Below are positions 43,713-53,752 of a stretch of DNA of 64,000 nt, one piece after another. Made by a program: the position numbers and the translations under genes. The stretch covers positions 2,965,281 to 3,029,280 of the forward strand of contig OZ244136.1 in assembly GCA_965215975.1 (NCBI GenBank), in the 5' to 3' direction. Under the pieces are notes generated by a model, which made no database searches, was not told the DNA's origin, and saw only the letters and a program-made list of their open reading frames with translations. The DNA is from Dehalococcoidia bacterium. Lineage in GTDB: Bacteria; Chloroflexota; Dehalococcoidia; Lucifugimonadales; UBA3495. How positions within the stretch are numbered: the stretch's first letter is position 1; each line of letters starts with the position of its first letter.

Positions 43713-44444
43713 ATGCGGACAATCCAGGCAGTGGCCTGGAAGGAAATTCAAGCCTATTTCGGCACTCCTATAGCCTACATTGTTGGAATGATTTTCCTGG
43801 CTATAACCGGAATTATCTTTGCCGCCGGCGTTGTGCCCAGCGAGAACAACCCCTTCCCGGAAGCCACTCTAGCCACCTTGTTCAGTTCCATATGGAGTAC
43901 CATTCTCATCGTTCTGATTGCCCCGGCTCTTACTATGCGCCTTCTGGCGGAGGAACAGAAATTGGGAACAATCGAACTGCTTCTCACGTCTCCAGTGAGA
44001 GACTGGGAAATTATAATTGGAAAATATTTGGCCAGTTTGGCATTCTTGGTGGCTTTGCTCGCACTTACATTGTATTATCCCCTGCTTCTCTATATCTTTG
44101 CCGAACCTGATATGGGTCCAATTTACTCGGGTTATCTGGGCATGTTCTTGTTTGGGGCTGCAGCTTTGGCGATCGGCATGTTGACTACGACCATCACTAG
44201 CAACCAGATTGTTGCCGGCTTTGTGGCCATGGGCATTATCGCTGCCCTGTCTTTCGTCCATTTCAGTTCGGACCTGGTTGGAGGAATCGCTTCCGTACTA
44301 ATCAACGAGATAGGACTCCAGTCCCACTTTGAGGATTTCGGAAGGGGAGTTATAGACACCAAGCACATAGTTTACTTCTTGAGCGTCACTGCCGTATTTC
44401 TCTTCCTGGCAATCCGGGCGCTGGAATTCCGGAGATGGAGATAG
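43713..44444 (+). CDS. ABC-2 type transporter permease (GldF-like)
   Basis: 243 aa with about 6 TM segments. Starts 1 nt after the ATPase stop codon. Confidence 0.75.
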   Translation: MRTIQAVAWKEIQAYFGTPIAYIVGMIFLAITGIIFAAGVVPSENNPFPEATLATLFSSIWSTILIVLIAPALTMRLLAEEQKLGTIELLLTSPVRDWEIIIGKYLASLAFLVALLALTLYYPLLLYIFAEPDMGPIYSGYLGMFLFGAAALAIGMLTTTITSNQIVAGFVAMGIIAALSFVHFSSDLVGGIASVLINEIGLQSHFEDFGRGVIDTKHIVYFLSVTAVFLFLAIRALEFRRWR

Positions 44445-44445
44445 A

Positions 44446-46368
44446 ATGAGCGAAGAACCGACAAATGTGAGTGGGGACTGGCGGCGGCGCCGTCGAGGCG
44501 AACGTTCTACCCGTCCCCCTCAATCTGACGCCCCGGAAACTACCGCTGCAGATAAAGAGGAAACACAGGAAGTAGAGGTAAGGTCCAGGACACTCTTCAG
44601 CTTTTTTGAACCTTCCCTTAACACTATCGGCACTTTTGGAACCCCGCTGGTTATCGCCGGCATAGTTGCCATCGTCGCTGGGGTAACCCTCGTAGCCTTT
44701 GTTAGTTCCATGCGCCTTTACGGCTTCATCAGCCTCGGTTTTGGAATAGCCCTTCTAGTCCTGGTTGGCCTCATCTCGCTGAGTACTGTAGTGGCAGCCT
44801 TTATCAGCCGCACTGGCAGGTATGGTGTTAATTCACTGATAATGCTGGCGGCATTTCTGGGAATAATAATAATCGCTAATGCGGTCTCCTTCGGGACTAA
44901 CGCCAGGCTGGACGTTACGGCCACGAATCAATACAGCCTGGCCGACCGTACCGAGCAACTGCTTGATGACCTTGACCAGGATGTCGAGGTTATTGCCTTC
45001 TACAAGGCGGAAGTCTCCCTGGGCCCGCAGGGCAGCGCAAGTGTTGCCTACCAGTTGCTTAATCGCGAAGACAAGGTTCGTGAGACTTTGCGCGAATTTG
45101 AGGCGACTCGCCCTACCAGGTTTCAGTCTTCATTCATTGATCCGGACGTTAACCCCCAGAGGGTCAACCAGTACTTTGGCGCCACTCCAATTGCCTTCGT
45201 CAACGAGTCGATTGTCGTAAAGGTAAAGGACGGAGATGTTCTGGACGTAATTCAGCCCAAGGACGCCGAGTACAGCCACCTGGAGCAGGACCTGGTCACC
45301 AGCATCCTGGTGGTGACGGGGCAGGAAAAGAAACCCATATATTTCCTTGATGGACACGGCGAGCGCAGCATTTCGAGTCCCGGCTCAGATGGCTACAGTG
45401 AGGTGCGCGTTGGACTGGAGCAGGACAATTACCGGGTGGACTCCTTGCGGTGGAGTCGCCAGAACGAAGATGTGAGCGTACCCGATGATGCCGCACTGCT
45501 GGTAATCGCCCGCCCGACCGGTGACTTGCCGGAAGCCCACGCCCAGGTGTTGAACCAGTTTTTGCAAGGCAAGAATCCCGACGGTAGTGACCGGCCCTCC
45601 GCAGGACGGCTGGTGTTCCTGGCCGACCCGGATACCCCGGAATCCTTCAGGCAATTCATGGCAACCTGGGGCGTGGTGATCAATTCTGGCTACATTCGCG
45701 ACCTTGACGGTTCGTTGCCGGGCAATCCTCATACCTTAAGGCTGCAGACTGTAAATCCATTGGAACTTCCCGGAGAGATTGTTTCGCAGATTCCCAGGGA
45801 GGTACTTGAAACTCTCCTGCAAATTACTACTCCCAAAGGCAATTCCCTGGATCTCGTGCACATGCCGGGTGCTGCGGCCCTCCAGTCATTTGACGACGGT
45901 TCCGGGTTGAGGCAACCCGTTCCCCTGGCTTTCAGTTCCGGCAACAGCTACGTAATTCAAGATATCGAGCGAACGGAACCGAGGACTGACCAGGATAATG
46001 AACCGGACCCGGTTGGTCCCTTTACTCCGGTGACTTTCGTCCGAGCGCTGGGGCCCATTGGCGCGCCGGTTCCCTCGGACCCGTCCTCCGTCAGCGAGAA
46101 CGATATAGCCAGCTTGGTGGTGATGGGCGACTCTGACTTTGTGTCGAACAGTTTCTACGACCGGGGCAGTGGCAAAGACCTTTTCCTCAACTCGGTAAAC
46201 TACCTCGTAGGAGACCATTCCCTGGTTTCCCTGCGGCCCAAGGTCATCACCACAAGGGAATTCAACGTAGACCGCAACCAGGAGAACTTCGTCAAGTTCT
46301 CCTCTTGGCTGTTGCTGCCGGGCCTGATGGGATTGATGGCTGCTATGGTCTGGTGGGTTCGACGCTAG
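44446..46368 (+). CDS. GldG-like ABC-transporter auxiliary component
   Basis: 640 aa with N- and C-terminal TM anchors and a large extracytoplasmic region containing IYFLDGHGE. Contiguous with the permease gene. Confidence 0.7.
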   Translation: MSEEPTNVSGDWRRRRRGERSTRPPQSDAPETTAADKEETQEVEVRSRTLFSFFEPSLNTIGTFGTPLVIAGIVAIVAGVTLVAFVSSMRLYGFISLGFGIALLVLVGLISLSTVVAAFISRTGRYGVNSLIMLAAFLGIIIIANAVSFGTNARLDVTATNQYSLADRTEQLLDDLDQDVEVIAFYKAEVSLGPQGSASVAYQLLNREDKVRETLREFEATRPTRFQSSFIDPDVNPQRVNQYFGATPIAFVNESIVVKVKDGDVLDVIQPKDAEYSHLEQDLVTSILVVTGQEKKPIYFLDGHGERSISSPGSDGYSEVRVGLEQDNYRVDSLRWSRQNEDVSVPDDAALLVIARPTGDLPEAHAQVLNQFLQGKNPDGSDRPSAGRLVFLADPDTPESFRQFMATWGVVINSGYIRDLDGSLPGNPHTLRLQTVNPLELPGEIVSQIPREVLETLLQITTPKGNSLDLVHMPGAAALQSFDDGSGLRQPVPLAFSSGNSYVIQDIERTEPRTDQDNEPDPVGPFTPVTFVRALGPIGAPVPSDPSSVSENDIASLVVMGDSDFVSNSFYDRGSGKDLFLNSVNYLVGDHSLVSLRPKVITTREFNVDRNQENFVKFSSWLLLPGLMGLMAAMVWWVRR

Positions 46369-46516
46369 GTAAAGCTAGGGAATTCAGCGGGGAAAGGCTG
46401 AAGTAAACGGCTTTTCTGGTTGCTCTGGTACCTCCGGTAACGCCAATCCAGTTCGTGTGGGAACTGCGTATTCAGTGGATGAATCTCTTTCGGTTTCAAC
46501 GATAGGTAAACGCTAG

Positions 46517-47524
46517 ATGAACATACGGCTCACCGTTCTCTTGATTATTGTGCTCATCCTATTTGGAGGGACATTTGCCGGGGTAATTCTCACCAGGGAC
46601 CCGGAACCCAAACAGGATCAGGCTTGGCTTTGGCGGGTGGATGATAATTCGCTGGTCAACATTACCGTCACGTTCGAAGGCGACACGATAGAATACCAGA
46701 AGAAACCCGGTGGCATACGCTGGTTCATAGTTGACGAAGACGGAGACCGCCAGGTCTACCAGGACAAGTGGAGCGGTACCCCTCTGTTGCTGAGCGGCCC
46801 CAAGGTTAACCGTACTTTGTCCGATGAAATGGAAAACCCTTCTCAGTATGGATTAGATCCGCCTGTCACGAGGGTTCAGATGACCGAGCGCACCGGCCGA
46901 ACCTACGAGGCACACTTAGGCATCATTACCCCCGACGGACAGAACCAATATGCCAGACTGGTCGGGTCCCCGAAGCTCTTTATCGTGCCTCAGATTTGGG
47001 CCAGAGTGGTCAATCGCCTGGTTTTCCAGCCACCTTACCCTCGTCTGTACGATACTGATATACAGGACCGGGAGCTCTTGAATACCGGCAAGCAGGATGT
47101 CGTTTACTTTGAAGTAACTATGAATGAGGAAACGGTCATTTACGGCTCTGACGCCACTGGTGAGACTTGGTTCATCATCGAACAGGGAGAGGGAGAAGCC
47201 GAAGATAGGGAATTTGAGATTCCCGCGGACCTTTGGAATGGGGAAGATGAGCTTCTCGAGAACCCCAACGTCGTAGAAACAGTGACTGAAGATCTGGACA
47301 ATCCCGAGGAGTATGGATTGGAGCAGGCAATGACCAGCGTTTGGCTAGCCACGAATGCCGACCAGACCCACGAATTCTTTCTCGGAGACCTGACGCCTGA
47401 CGGCAAACAACGTTACGCTGTCAACTCCGGACAGCCGGAGTTGTTTACCGTGCCAGCAGAATGGGCGGCAGCATTAGAAAGATTGGCTACCGACCCGCCT
47501 TACCCACCTACCGAGGGCAGCTAG
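46517..47524 (+). CDS. Membrane-anchored DUF4340-like protein
   Basis: N-terminal TM (LTVLLIIVLILFGGTFAGVIL). Two internally similar modules end in YARLVGSPKLFIVPQIWA and YAVNSGQPELFTVPAEWA. Sits in the usual position downstream of GldG-like genes. Confidence 0.55.
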   Translation: MNIRLTVLLIIVLILFGGTFAGVILTRDPEPKQDQAWLWRVDDNSLVNITVTFEGDTIEYQKKPGGIRWFIVDEDGDRQVYQDKWSGTPLLLSGPKVNRTLSDEMENPSQYGLDPPVTRVQMTERTGRTYEAHLGIITPDGQNQYARLVGSPKLFIVPQIWARVVNRLVFQPPYPRLYDTDIQDRELLNTGKQDVVYFEVTMNEETVIYGSDATGETWFIIEQGEGEAEDREFEIPADLWNGEDELLENPNVVETVTEDLDNPEEYGLEQAMTSVWLATNADQTHEFFLGDLTPDGKQRYAVNSGQPELFTVPAEWAAALERLATDPPYPPTEGS

Positions 47525-47620
47525 TCTGGGCAGCAGGATGTGCCAGATTCTCCAGATACCCCTGACATATTTTTTCCTTAAGCCGGCGCTTCCGGCCATA
47601 CCAGCGGGCGAGGTGCATAT

Positions 47621-48856
47621 TTGAAAGCTGAAATTCTTTCCATTGGCACCGAGTTGCTGATGGGCGAGTTGACCGATACCAACGCCTCCTGGATTGCGAG
47701 TCAATTGCCACCCCTGGGCATCCAGTTGCAGTGGGTTTCGATCGTCGGAGATGATCTGGAAAAGCTGGCGGACGCATTTTCTCAGGGTCTGAGACGGTCC
47801 GATATTATCTTTACCACCGGAGGGTTAGGGCCCACACAGGACGACCTTACCCGCGAGGCGGTGGCTCGAGCACTGGGCGAAACCCCCACTGTCCAGCAGG
47901 AGGTTATCGATAACCTTGAGCGTTACTTTGCGGGCCGGGGCATTGAAATGCCTTCCCATAACATCAAGCAGGCCCACCTCATTCCTTCCGCCCGGTTTGT
48001 CCGCAACCGCAATGGGACGGCTCCGGGTTGGTGGGTTGAAAATGATGGCCGTATAGTAGTGTGCATGCCCGGCCCGCCAGGAGAAATGCAACCCATTTGG
48101 CACGAGGAAGTGGCCCCGCTGCTAAAGGAAATGGTGGATGAAGAGGTAACCATCACACGAAATATAAAGACTCTAGGCATGTCTGAAGCTGCCATTGACG
48201 AAGAAATATCCGAATTTTTCGGACACGAGAATCCCTACTTGGGGATCTATTCCAAAGCCGATGGAATACACCTCCGGATCATAGCTAGGGCAAGAGATGA
48301 GGACGCCGCCCGCGATATGATAGTTCCGGTTGAGGCCGCTATCACAGACAGGTTGGGTCCGTACATTTGGGGGTACGATGCAGAGACCCCCGAGCAGGCT
48401 GCCGGTCAGGCTCTGACGGATGCAGGCTTAACCTTGGCCACCATGGAGTCGTGCAGCGGGGGCTTCCTGGCCAACAGCATTACCGACATACCCGGAAGCA
48501 CTGGCTACTTTAGAGGTGGAATAGTAGCCATGACGTCCGAAATGCTAGTAGCAAACGGTGTTCCTAATCATGTGTTGGACAAATACGGCACAGCAAGCGA
48601 GGAAACTGCCGTAGCAATGGCTTATGCAGCCAGGGACGGCCTAGGGGCTGATTATGGTGTCGCCATAACCGGAGTGATTGGGCCCGAACCCGAGGAGAAT
48701 CAGCCGCCTGGTCAGGTGTATGTGGCCATTGCGGGAAGGGAGTCGACCCGTAAGCTGCAATTTCGCACTCCGCCACGTCGAATTGTCATCAAGCGGCGGG
48801 TGGCCAACACGGCGCTCACAGAACTTCGCAAGCTGATCGTCGCAGAGAATCAATGA
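47621..48856 (+). CDS. cinA: CinA family protein (MoCF-like domain plus NMN deamidase PncC-like domain)
   Basis: KAEILSIGTELLMGELTDTNASWIA..., TTGGLGPTQDD, and a C-terminal ESCSGG motif. TTG start. Confidence 0.85.
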   Translation: MKAEILSIGTELLMGELTDTNASWIASQLPPLGIQLQWVSIVGDDLEKLADAFSQGLRRSDIIFTTGGLGPTQDDLTREAVARALGETPTVQQEVIDNLERYFAGRGIEMPSHNIKQAHLIPSARFVRNRNGTAPGWWVENDGRIVVCMPGPPGEMQPIWHEEVAPLLKEMVDEEVTITRNIKTLGMSEAAIDEEISEFFGHENPYLGIYSKADGIHLRIIARARDEDAARDMIVPVEAAITDRLGPYIWGYDAETPEQAAGQALTDAGLTLATMESCSGGFLANSITDIPGSTGYFRGGIVAMTSEMLVANGVPNHVLDKYGTASEETAVAMAYAARDGLGADYGVAITGVIGPEPEENQPPGQVYVAIAGRESTRKLQFRTPPRRIVIKRRVANTALTELRKLIVAENQ

Positions 48857-48886
48857 TGCCGTAAACTGTATCGAAGTCACCAAAGA

Positions 48887-48913
48887 ATGGGGCGGGTTTT
48901 AAACCCGCCCCAT
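48887..48913. terminator. Perfect palindromic hairpin between convergent genes (bidirectional terminator candidate)
   Basis: ATGGGGCGGGTTTTAAACCCGCCCCAT forms a stem of about 11 bp. There is no long T tract on either side. Confidence 0.45.
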
Positions 48914-48966
48914 CGCGCTTGTTCCCGGAGTCTCCTGGCCCTCTACAGGGGCTTCGTATCCCTGGG

Positions 48967-51900
48967 CTAGGCGGTCAATTGCCTGTAGAGCATAGGCAAC
49001 CGTTCTGGCAGAGCCCAGATATCGCCCAGCACCTCGTATCCCATATCGCCACACATCTCCTTGAGGTAGTCGTGACCTGCCTTGTCCACGGTCAGGCAGA
49101 AGGGTGTGATATCTTTCCGCTTAGCCTCCATCAGGGCCATGTGAGTGTCATGGACGGCGTATTCCTTCTCCACGCCTTCCCTGCTGTAGCCCCGGTCCTG
49201 GGGCCGTCCATCGCTGATTAGGAACATTATCTTGGTCGGCGAGTCCTGGTTTTCCAGCTTGGTTATGGCGTGGCGGATTGCGCTACCCATGCGGGTGGCA
49301 TGGAGGGGCGTTATCTTGTCGATGCGCCTCTTAATCCGCTCACTGAAGTTTTCCTCAATATCTTTGATGACATAGAACTCTACGTTCTCTCGCCCGTAGC
49401 CAGAAAAGCCGTAGATACCATAGTTGTCACCGATGGATTCTAAGGCCGAGATCAAGAGGGCAGTGCTCTCTTTTTCAAGGTCGATAATACGCTTGTAGTG
49501 TCGGCGGACCAAGCCTTCGCGACGCCGGCGCAGCCAGACCATGTATTCTACCGGATCGTCCGGGGCGTCCCGGTCGTCCACAGTATGACGACCTTCGTCG
49601 ATAGCTTCTGCGGTGGAAGCGCTCATGTCCAAAAGGAAAACCACAGAAACGTTTCGTTCAATCTTGTTGCGCCGCCAGTAGATTTTTTCGTCCGGCGGCA
49701 CCTTCATTCGAATGTCTGCTGCCGCCTCCAACGCTGCGTTGAGGTCAATGTCCTCGCCATCTATCATCCGGTAAATTTTCCGGAAGGTTTCCGGCATTAT
49801 CAGCTCGAACTGACGCTTGATGTGAGTCAGAAGAGTCGAGTAGTTCTTCAACGAATCGTTATAAAATGCTGAATCGCCTTCGTCCAGAGATTTTTCCTTG
49901 ACCACGCACCAGCGCGGCTTGTAGTCATTGGCTCGGAAGTCCCATTCGTCATAGACGTAAGTCTTGGGCTCTCGGGCTTCCAGCTCCCCTCCCTGGTCAT
50001 CGTCGTGCAGCAACGGCCCGTACCCTTGACCGGGCTGGGAATTGGGAGGAGGAACGCCGGCCTCCTTCATAATGTTCTGAGCAAAGGTGCTCATACTGTT
50101 GTTTATGTCACCCTGCTCTGCGTCCAACTCCAGTTCGGCGCTATCCTGCAGTAATTGCTCCAGCATCTCCTGGGAAAGAGGCTCCCCTTCGCCCTGCTGG
50201 TTTTGGTCCATTTGAAGCTTGGTGAGGAGTTGAACCATCTCAGGCTTGAAGTCGCCACGATAGTCCACTGGTTCCGGAGAATCATAAGGATCGCCTTCGC
50301 CGCTGTCTCCAGAGGCATTTTGAGAGGCTTGCAACTTGTCCAGGAGAGACTGGAACTCCTCCTCGGAAAAGTCGCCAGGTTCCTCCATATCTTCCGGTTC
50401 CCACTGGTCTTCGGGTTGAGTTTCGTTCTCCAGTCGCGAAATAATCTCGTAGGCCCGCAGAGTAGCTTCCGCCGTGTCTTCCACGTTGGCCGAAGCGTCC
50501 CTCAGCACTAGCAGAATCTGGGCCAGCATGGTCGCCTCTTCCCTGAAGTCCACGGGAATGGGTAGGTTGTTGAACTGGTCCAGGCTCATCCTGATCAGTA
50601 GTTCGACCAGCGCCTCCTGCAGAGGCATGTCCTCGACCTCCGGTCGGCGGGCCAGAGTGTCCGACTGCACGTCAACGGCGACCCGACGAATGCCCGGGTA
50701 CTCGACCTTGATGCGGAAATCCAGTCGGCAGTCCTCCAGGACTGTGAAAAGGTCAAAGGCAAGGTGACGGTTGTCGAAAAGGCTGAGAAAGCGTCCGATG
50801 TCAGTAAAGGCACGAACTTGGCCGTCGGCCTCGACGTCGCCCACCAGCACGTCATTGCTAATTTCCAGAGCTCCCCGCTGTCGCTCCAAAGCATAACGCC
50901 TTTCCTCCTCAAATCGGAGGGCTGGCTTGGTAAAGTCGTAGAAAAAACTGCCGAACTCCAGATGGCCCACTTGATGGGTAGCAACCACCTTGAACCACGA
51001 GAAGTTCTGGCTCTTGTCCTGGTAATGGTCCACCACCGGGGGCAAGAAGACCTTTGTGCCGTCCGTGGATGCAGTGTCCTCGTCCACCCAGCCAATATTG
51101 CGGCGTACCAGTTCCTGGGTGTTCATGACCTCTATGGGAGTACCTGACAGGGCACGGCAATAGAGTCTAACCACACCCTTAACTCGGTCCAGCTCCAAGC
51201 TGGATGACAGAGTCTCCAGCAACGACTCAGAAGTATTGGACTCTACCTTGAAGAACGCGATTCCGCTTTCAGGGTTTTCCTTCAAGAGTTGAACGCCTTG
51301 ATGGAACCAGGTGTCCAACTGGTTGATAGTAACTCGGCGCAATACGCCATCCAAGCTCTTGAGAAATGACGGAACCGCTTCTGGGGTTATGGCAAGCAGG
51401 CCCTCGCACAGGTCCAGAATATGGGCCTGAGAACCCTGTGGAACCTCGCTCAGCGCCAAGCTACCGTCAGAAAGGAAGCGAGCCGTGTCCCGAATTCCTA
51501 CCTTTGTGAGACGCTCACCCAGTTTTAGGAATCGGCTGGTCTGGCCCTCTTCAATCTGTTGCAAGGCCTTGGGCGCCACTTCGAAACAGCTCTTGACCTC
51601 ACGCCAATTTCCATCGGACAGGGCTCGGCACATGGCCAGGAAAGCTTCCCGCTCCCGCCCCATTACCGGCAGAACGTCCTTGCCCAAGGTCAGGCATTCT
51701 ACGGCTATATCGTAAGACTTGTAGGAAAGAGCCTCGATCAGAGACGCGAATACCTCAACGTCCCAGAAGGGCAAGCTACGTATCAAGTCAGGGCTTACCT
51801 CAAAAAAGCGACCCGACAGGGTGCTTGATTTCCAGGTTCCCTTGTACAGACTGCGGCCCAACCCAGCCCAGCGAGGTATGTACTGGGGTCGCAGGTTGGA

Positions 51901-52227
51901 CACTATTGACGGGCTGGCTTTGAAGAAGGAGACAGCCAGGGCCGGAGAGTCCTGGGACAGATACGTCCCGCACCGGGCCCACTGCATGAAGGAGGGAAAG
52001 GCCAGTGATCGAGCTACCAGCGGACATACGCGGTAGTACTCCACCGCCGATTCCCAGGACCGCACTGTCTGGCCCGCAATAGCCGCTCCTTCCTTAGCCC
52101 AGAGGAGGAGTTCTTCGGAAGAAAAGGATGATTCCATTGCCTCGGATGCTTCCCGATAAGCATCCATTACGCCGGGAGGGAATTTGGATAATTCCGCTTC
52201 TATTTCATCAAAGGGAGCATTGCTCAA
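48967..52227 (-). CDS. Large VWA-domain protein of the CbbO/NorD type (1086 aa)
   Basis: C-terminal VWA domain with MIDAS VVFLLDMSAST...SDG. An acidic low-complexity linker (EDQWEPEDMEEPGDFSEEEF...GEGDPYDSPEP). A long helical N-terminal region with LYCRALSG and THQVGHLEFGSF, as in CbbO/NorD. The TTG start overlaps the upstream stop as TTGA. Confidence 0.8.
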   Translation of the reverse strand: MSNAPFDEIEAELSKFPPGVMDAYREASEAMESSFSSEELLLWAKEGAAIAGQTVRSWESAVEYYRVCPLVARSLAFPSFMQWARCGTYLSQDSPALAVSFFKASPSIVSNLRPQYIPRWAGLGRSLYKGTWKSSTLSGRFFEVSPDLIRSLPFWDVEVFASLIEALSYKSYDIAVECLTLGKDVLPVMGREREAFLAMCRALSDGNWREVKSCFEVAPKALQQIEEGQTSRFLKLGERLTKVGIRDTARFLSDGSLALSEVPQGSQAHILDLCEGLLAITPEAVPSFLKSLDGVLRRVTINQLDTWFHQGVQLLKENPESGIAFFKVESNTSESLLETLSSSLELDRVKGVVRLYCRALSGTPIEVMNTQELVRRNIGWVDEDTASTDGTKVFLPPVVDHYQDKSQNFSWFKVVATHQVGHLEFGSFFYDFTKPALRFEEERRYALERQRGALEISNDVLVGDVEADGQVRAFTDIGRFLSLFDNRHLAFDLFTVLEDCRLDFRIKVEYPGIRRVAVDVQSDTLARRPEVEDMPLQEALVELLIRMSLDQFNNLPIPVDFREEATMLAQILLVLRDASANVEDTAEATLRAYEIISRLENETQPEDQWEPEDMEEPGDFSEEEFQSLLDKLQASQNASGDSGEGDPYDSPEPVDYRGDFKPEMVQLLTKLQMDQNQQGEGEPLSQEMLEQLLQDSAELELDAEQGDINNSMSTFAQNIMKEAGVPPPNSQPGQGYGPLLHDDDQGGELEAREPKTYVYDEWDFRANDYKPRWCVVKEKSLDEGDSAFYNDSLKNYSTLLTHIKRQFELIMPETFRKIYRMIDGEDIDLNAALEAAADIRMKVPPDEKIYWRRNKIERNVSVVFLLDMSASTAEAIDEGRHTVDDRDAPDDPVEYMVWLRRRREGLVRRHYKRIIDLEKESTALLISALESIGDNYGIYGFSGYGRENVEFYVIKDIEENFSERIKRRIDKITPLHATRMGSAIRHAITKLENQDSPTKIMFLISDGRPQDRGYSREGVEKEYAVHDTHMALMEAKRKDITPFCLTVDKAGHDYLKEMCGDMGYEVLGDIWALPERLPMLYRQLTA

Positions 52228-52820
52228 GACGTTAGCCCCTCCTTCTTAAGAGAGTCTTCCATGATGTCCAGAAATTGCTGCAGGATCTTTGCGGTGGCGC
52301 CGTAGACCACATGCTCTTCAAACGCGAAGGAATAAACCGTACTCAGTCCTTCGCCGGTCCAACGAGTTTCCCATCGGATGTTTGCCGGATCATAGAGGCT
52401 GGCGATGGGGACCTCCAAGACCTCGGCTATTTCCACATCACTGGGCTGAAAGGGGTAGGGATAAGGAATTGCGCCTACAAATACCCTGACACCGAACCCA
52501 CTGCGAGTAACCGCGTCGTCCAACTCGCCGAGAATGGTAACGTGAGAGGGGTTGATGCCCATCTCCTCCTCCGCTTCCCTTAGCGCGGTCGCAGTAAAGT
52601 CACCGTCTTCAGGGTCGCGGGCACCGCCAGGAAAGGATATTTCTCCCTTGTGGTGTTCGACTTGCTCCGACCTTTTGTTCAGGAGAATGCAGTACTGGCC
52701 GTCTTTGGGGTACAAGGCTACCAATACGGCAGCAGGCATCAAACTATCATCGGTCACTTTCCATTGGGACCGGTGTGCCAATGCCTGCCTTACCAAGTCG
52801 GGGGTGGATAAACCCATCAA
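52224..52820 (-). CDS. NUDIX hydrolase, CoA pyrophosphatase-like
   Basis: NUDIX box GGARDPEDGDFTATALREAEEEMGI preceded by ILLNKRSEQVEHHKGEISFPGG, which matches the CoA-pyrophosphatase (NudL/Nudt7) signature region. Confidence 0.75.
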   Translation of the reverse strand: MMGLSTPDLVRQALAHRSQWKVTDDSLMPAAVLVALYPKDGQYCILLNKRSEQVEHHKGEISFPGGARDPEDGDFTATALREAEEEMGINPSHVTILGELDDAVTRSGFGVRVFVGAIPYPYPFQPSDVEIAEVLEVPIASLYDPANIRWETRWTGEGLSTVYSFAFEEHVVYGATAKILQQFLDIMEDSLKKEGLTS

Positions 52821-52825
52821 AACCT

Positions 52826-53752
52826 CTATTCGAAGATGGAGGAAACCACCTCTTCCACGCTGCGTTGAAGCTCTGCTTCGTCAGTAAGTGTCCAGACTAT
52901 GGCTACCTGGCAAGCCCGCCGCGCGGGAATACCTTCTCTCATCAACCGACCAGCGTAAATGAGCAATCGCGTGCTGGCGCCCTCTGCGAGGCCGTGATCT
53001 CTGAGATTGCGTACCTTCTCGCCCAGCTTAGCCAGTGCACTGGCTTGCTCTTCGGTACAGCCGCTTTCCTTTTGAACAATCTCCGCCTCAATGTCAGCCG
53101 GAGGATAGTCAAACTCCACCGAGATAAATCGCTGGCGGGTGCTGTGCTTCAGGTCCTTCAACGCGCTCTGGTAGTGTGGATTGTAGGATATACAAAGGAG
53201 AAAACGGTCGTCAGCCTCTATTATCTGCCCTGTCTTTTCCACCGGCAGGATTCGCCGGTGGTCAGTCAAAGGGTGAATCAGTACCGTTGTGTCCTTCCGT
53301 GCTTCCACTATCTCGTCGAGGTAAAGTATTGCGCCCGTCTTAACGGCGCGGGTCATCGGGCCGTCTATCCAGCGGGTACCATCGGAATCCAGCAGGTAGC
53401 GTCCAACAAGGTCGCTGGCCGTCAGGTCTTCGTGACAGGCGATCGTTACCAGAGGAACACGAACTTCGCCTTCCCGGACGTCTTGCACCTGGCGCTCACC
53501 ATCGGTGGGCTTGACCACGGCCATGGGCCTGCCCAGTTTCCAGGCCATGTATTCCACGAAGCGGGTCTTCCCGCAGCCGGTGGGGCCCTTCAGCAATACG
53601 GGGATGTGCTGATTATAGGCTGCCGTAAAGAGTTCCAATTCGTCACTTACGGGGCGATAATAGGGTTCGCTTCGAACCAAAAACTCTTCGATTGCGTACT
53701 CTTTGTACTGAGGTTCATTCTGTTCCTGTTCGGACTCAACCGCTTCTACCAT
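52826..53752 (-). CDS. CbbQ/NirQ/NorQ-type (MoxR-class) AAA+ ATPase
   Basis: Walker [12 protein letters not shown] and Walker [11 protein letters not shown]. Start MVEAVESEQ... at 53752 forms TAATG with the coaE stop. The ORF-track start at 53791 would overlap coaE by 40 nt. Confidence 0.85.
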   Translation of the reverse strand: MVEAVESEQEQNEPQYKEYAIEEFLVRSEPYYRPVSDELELFTAAYNQHIPVLLKGPTGCGKTRFVEYMAWKLGRPMAVVKPTDGERQVQDVREGEVRVPLVTIACHEDLTASDLVGRYLLDSDGTRWIDGPMTRAVKTGAILYLDEIVEARKDTTVLIHPLTDHRRILPVEKTGQIIEADDRFLLCISYNPHYQSALKDLKHSTRQRFISVEFDYPPADIEAEIVQKESGCTEEQASALAKLGEKVRNLRDHGLAEGASTRLLIYAGRLMREGIPARRACQVAIVWTLTDEAELQRSVEEVVSSIFE

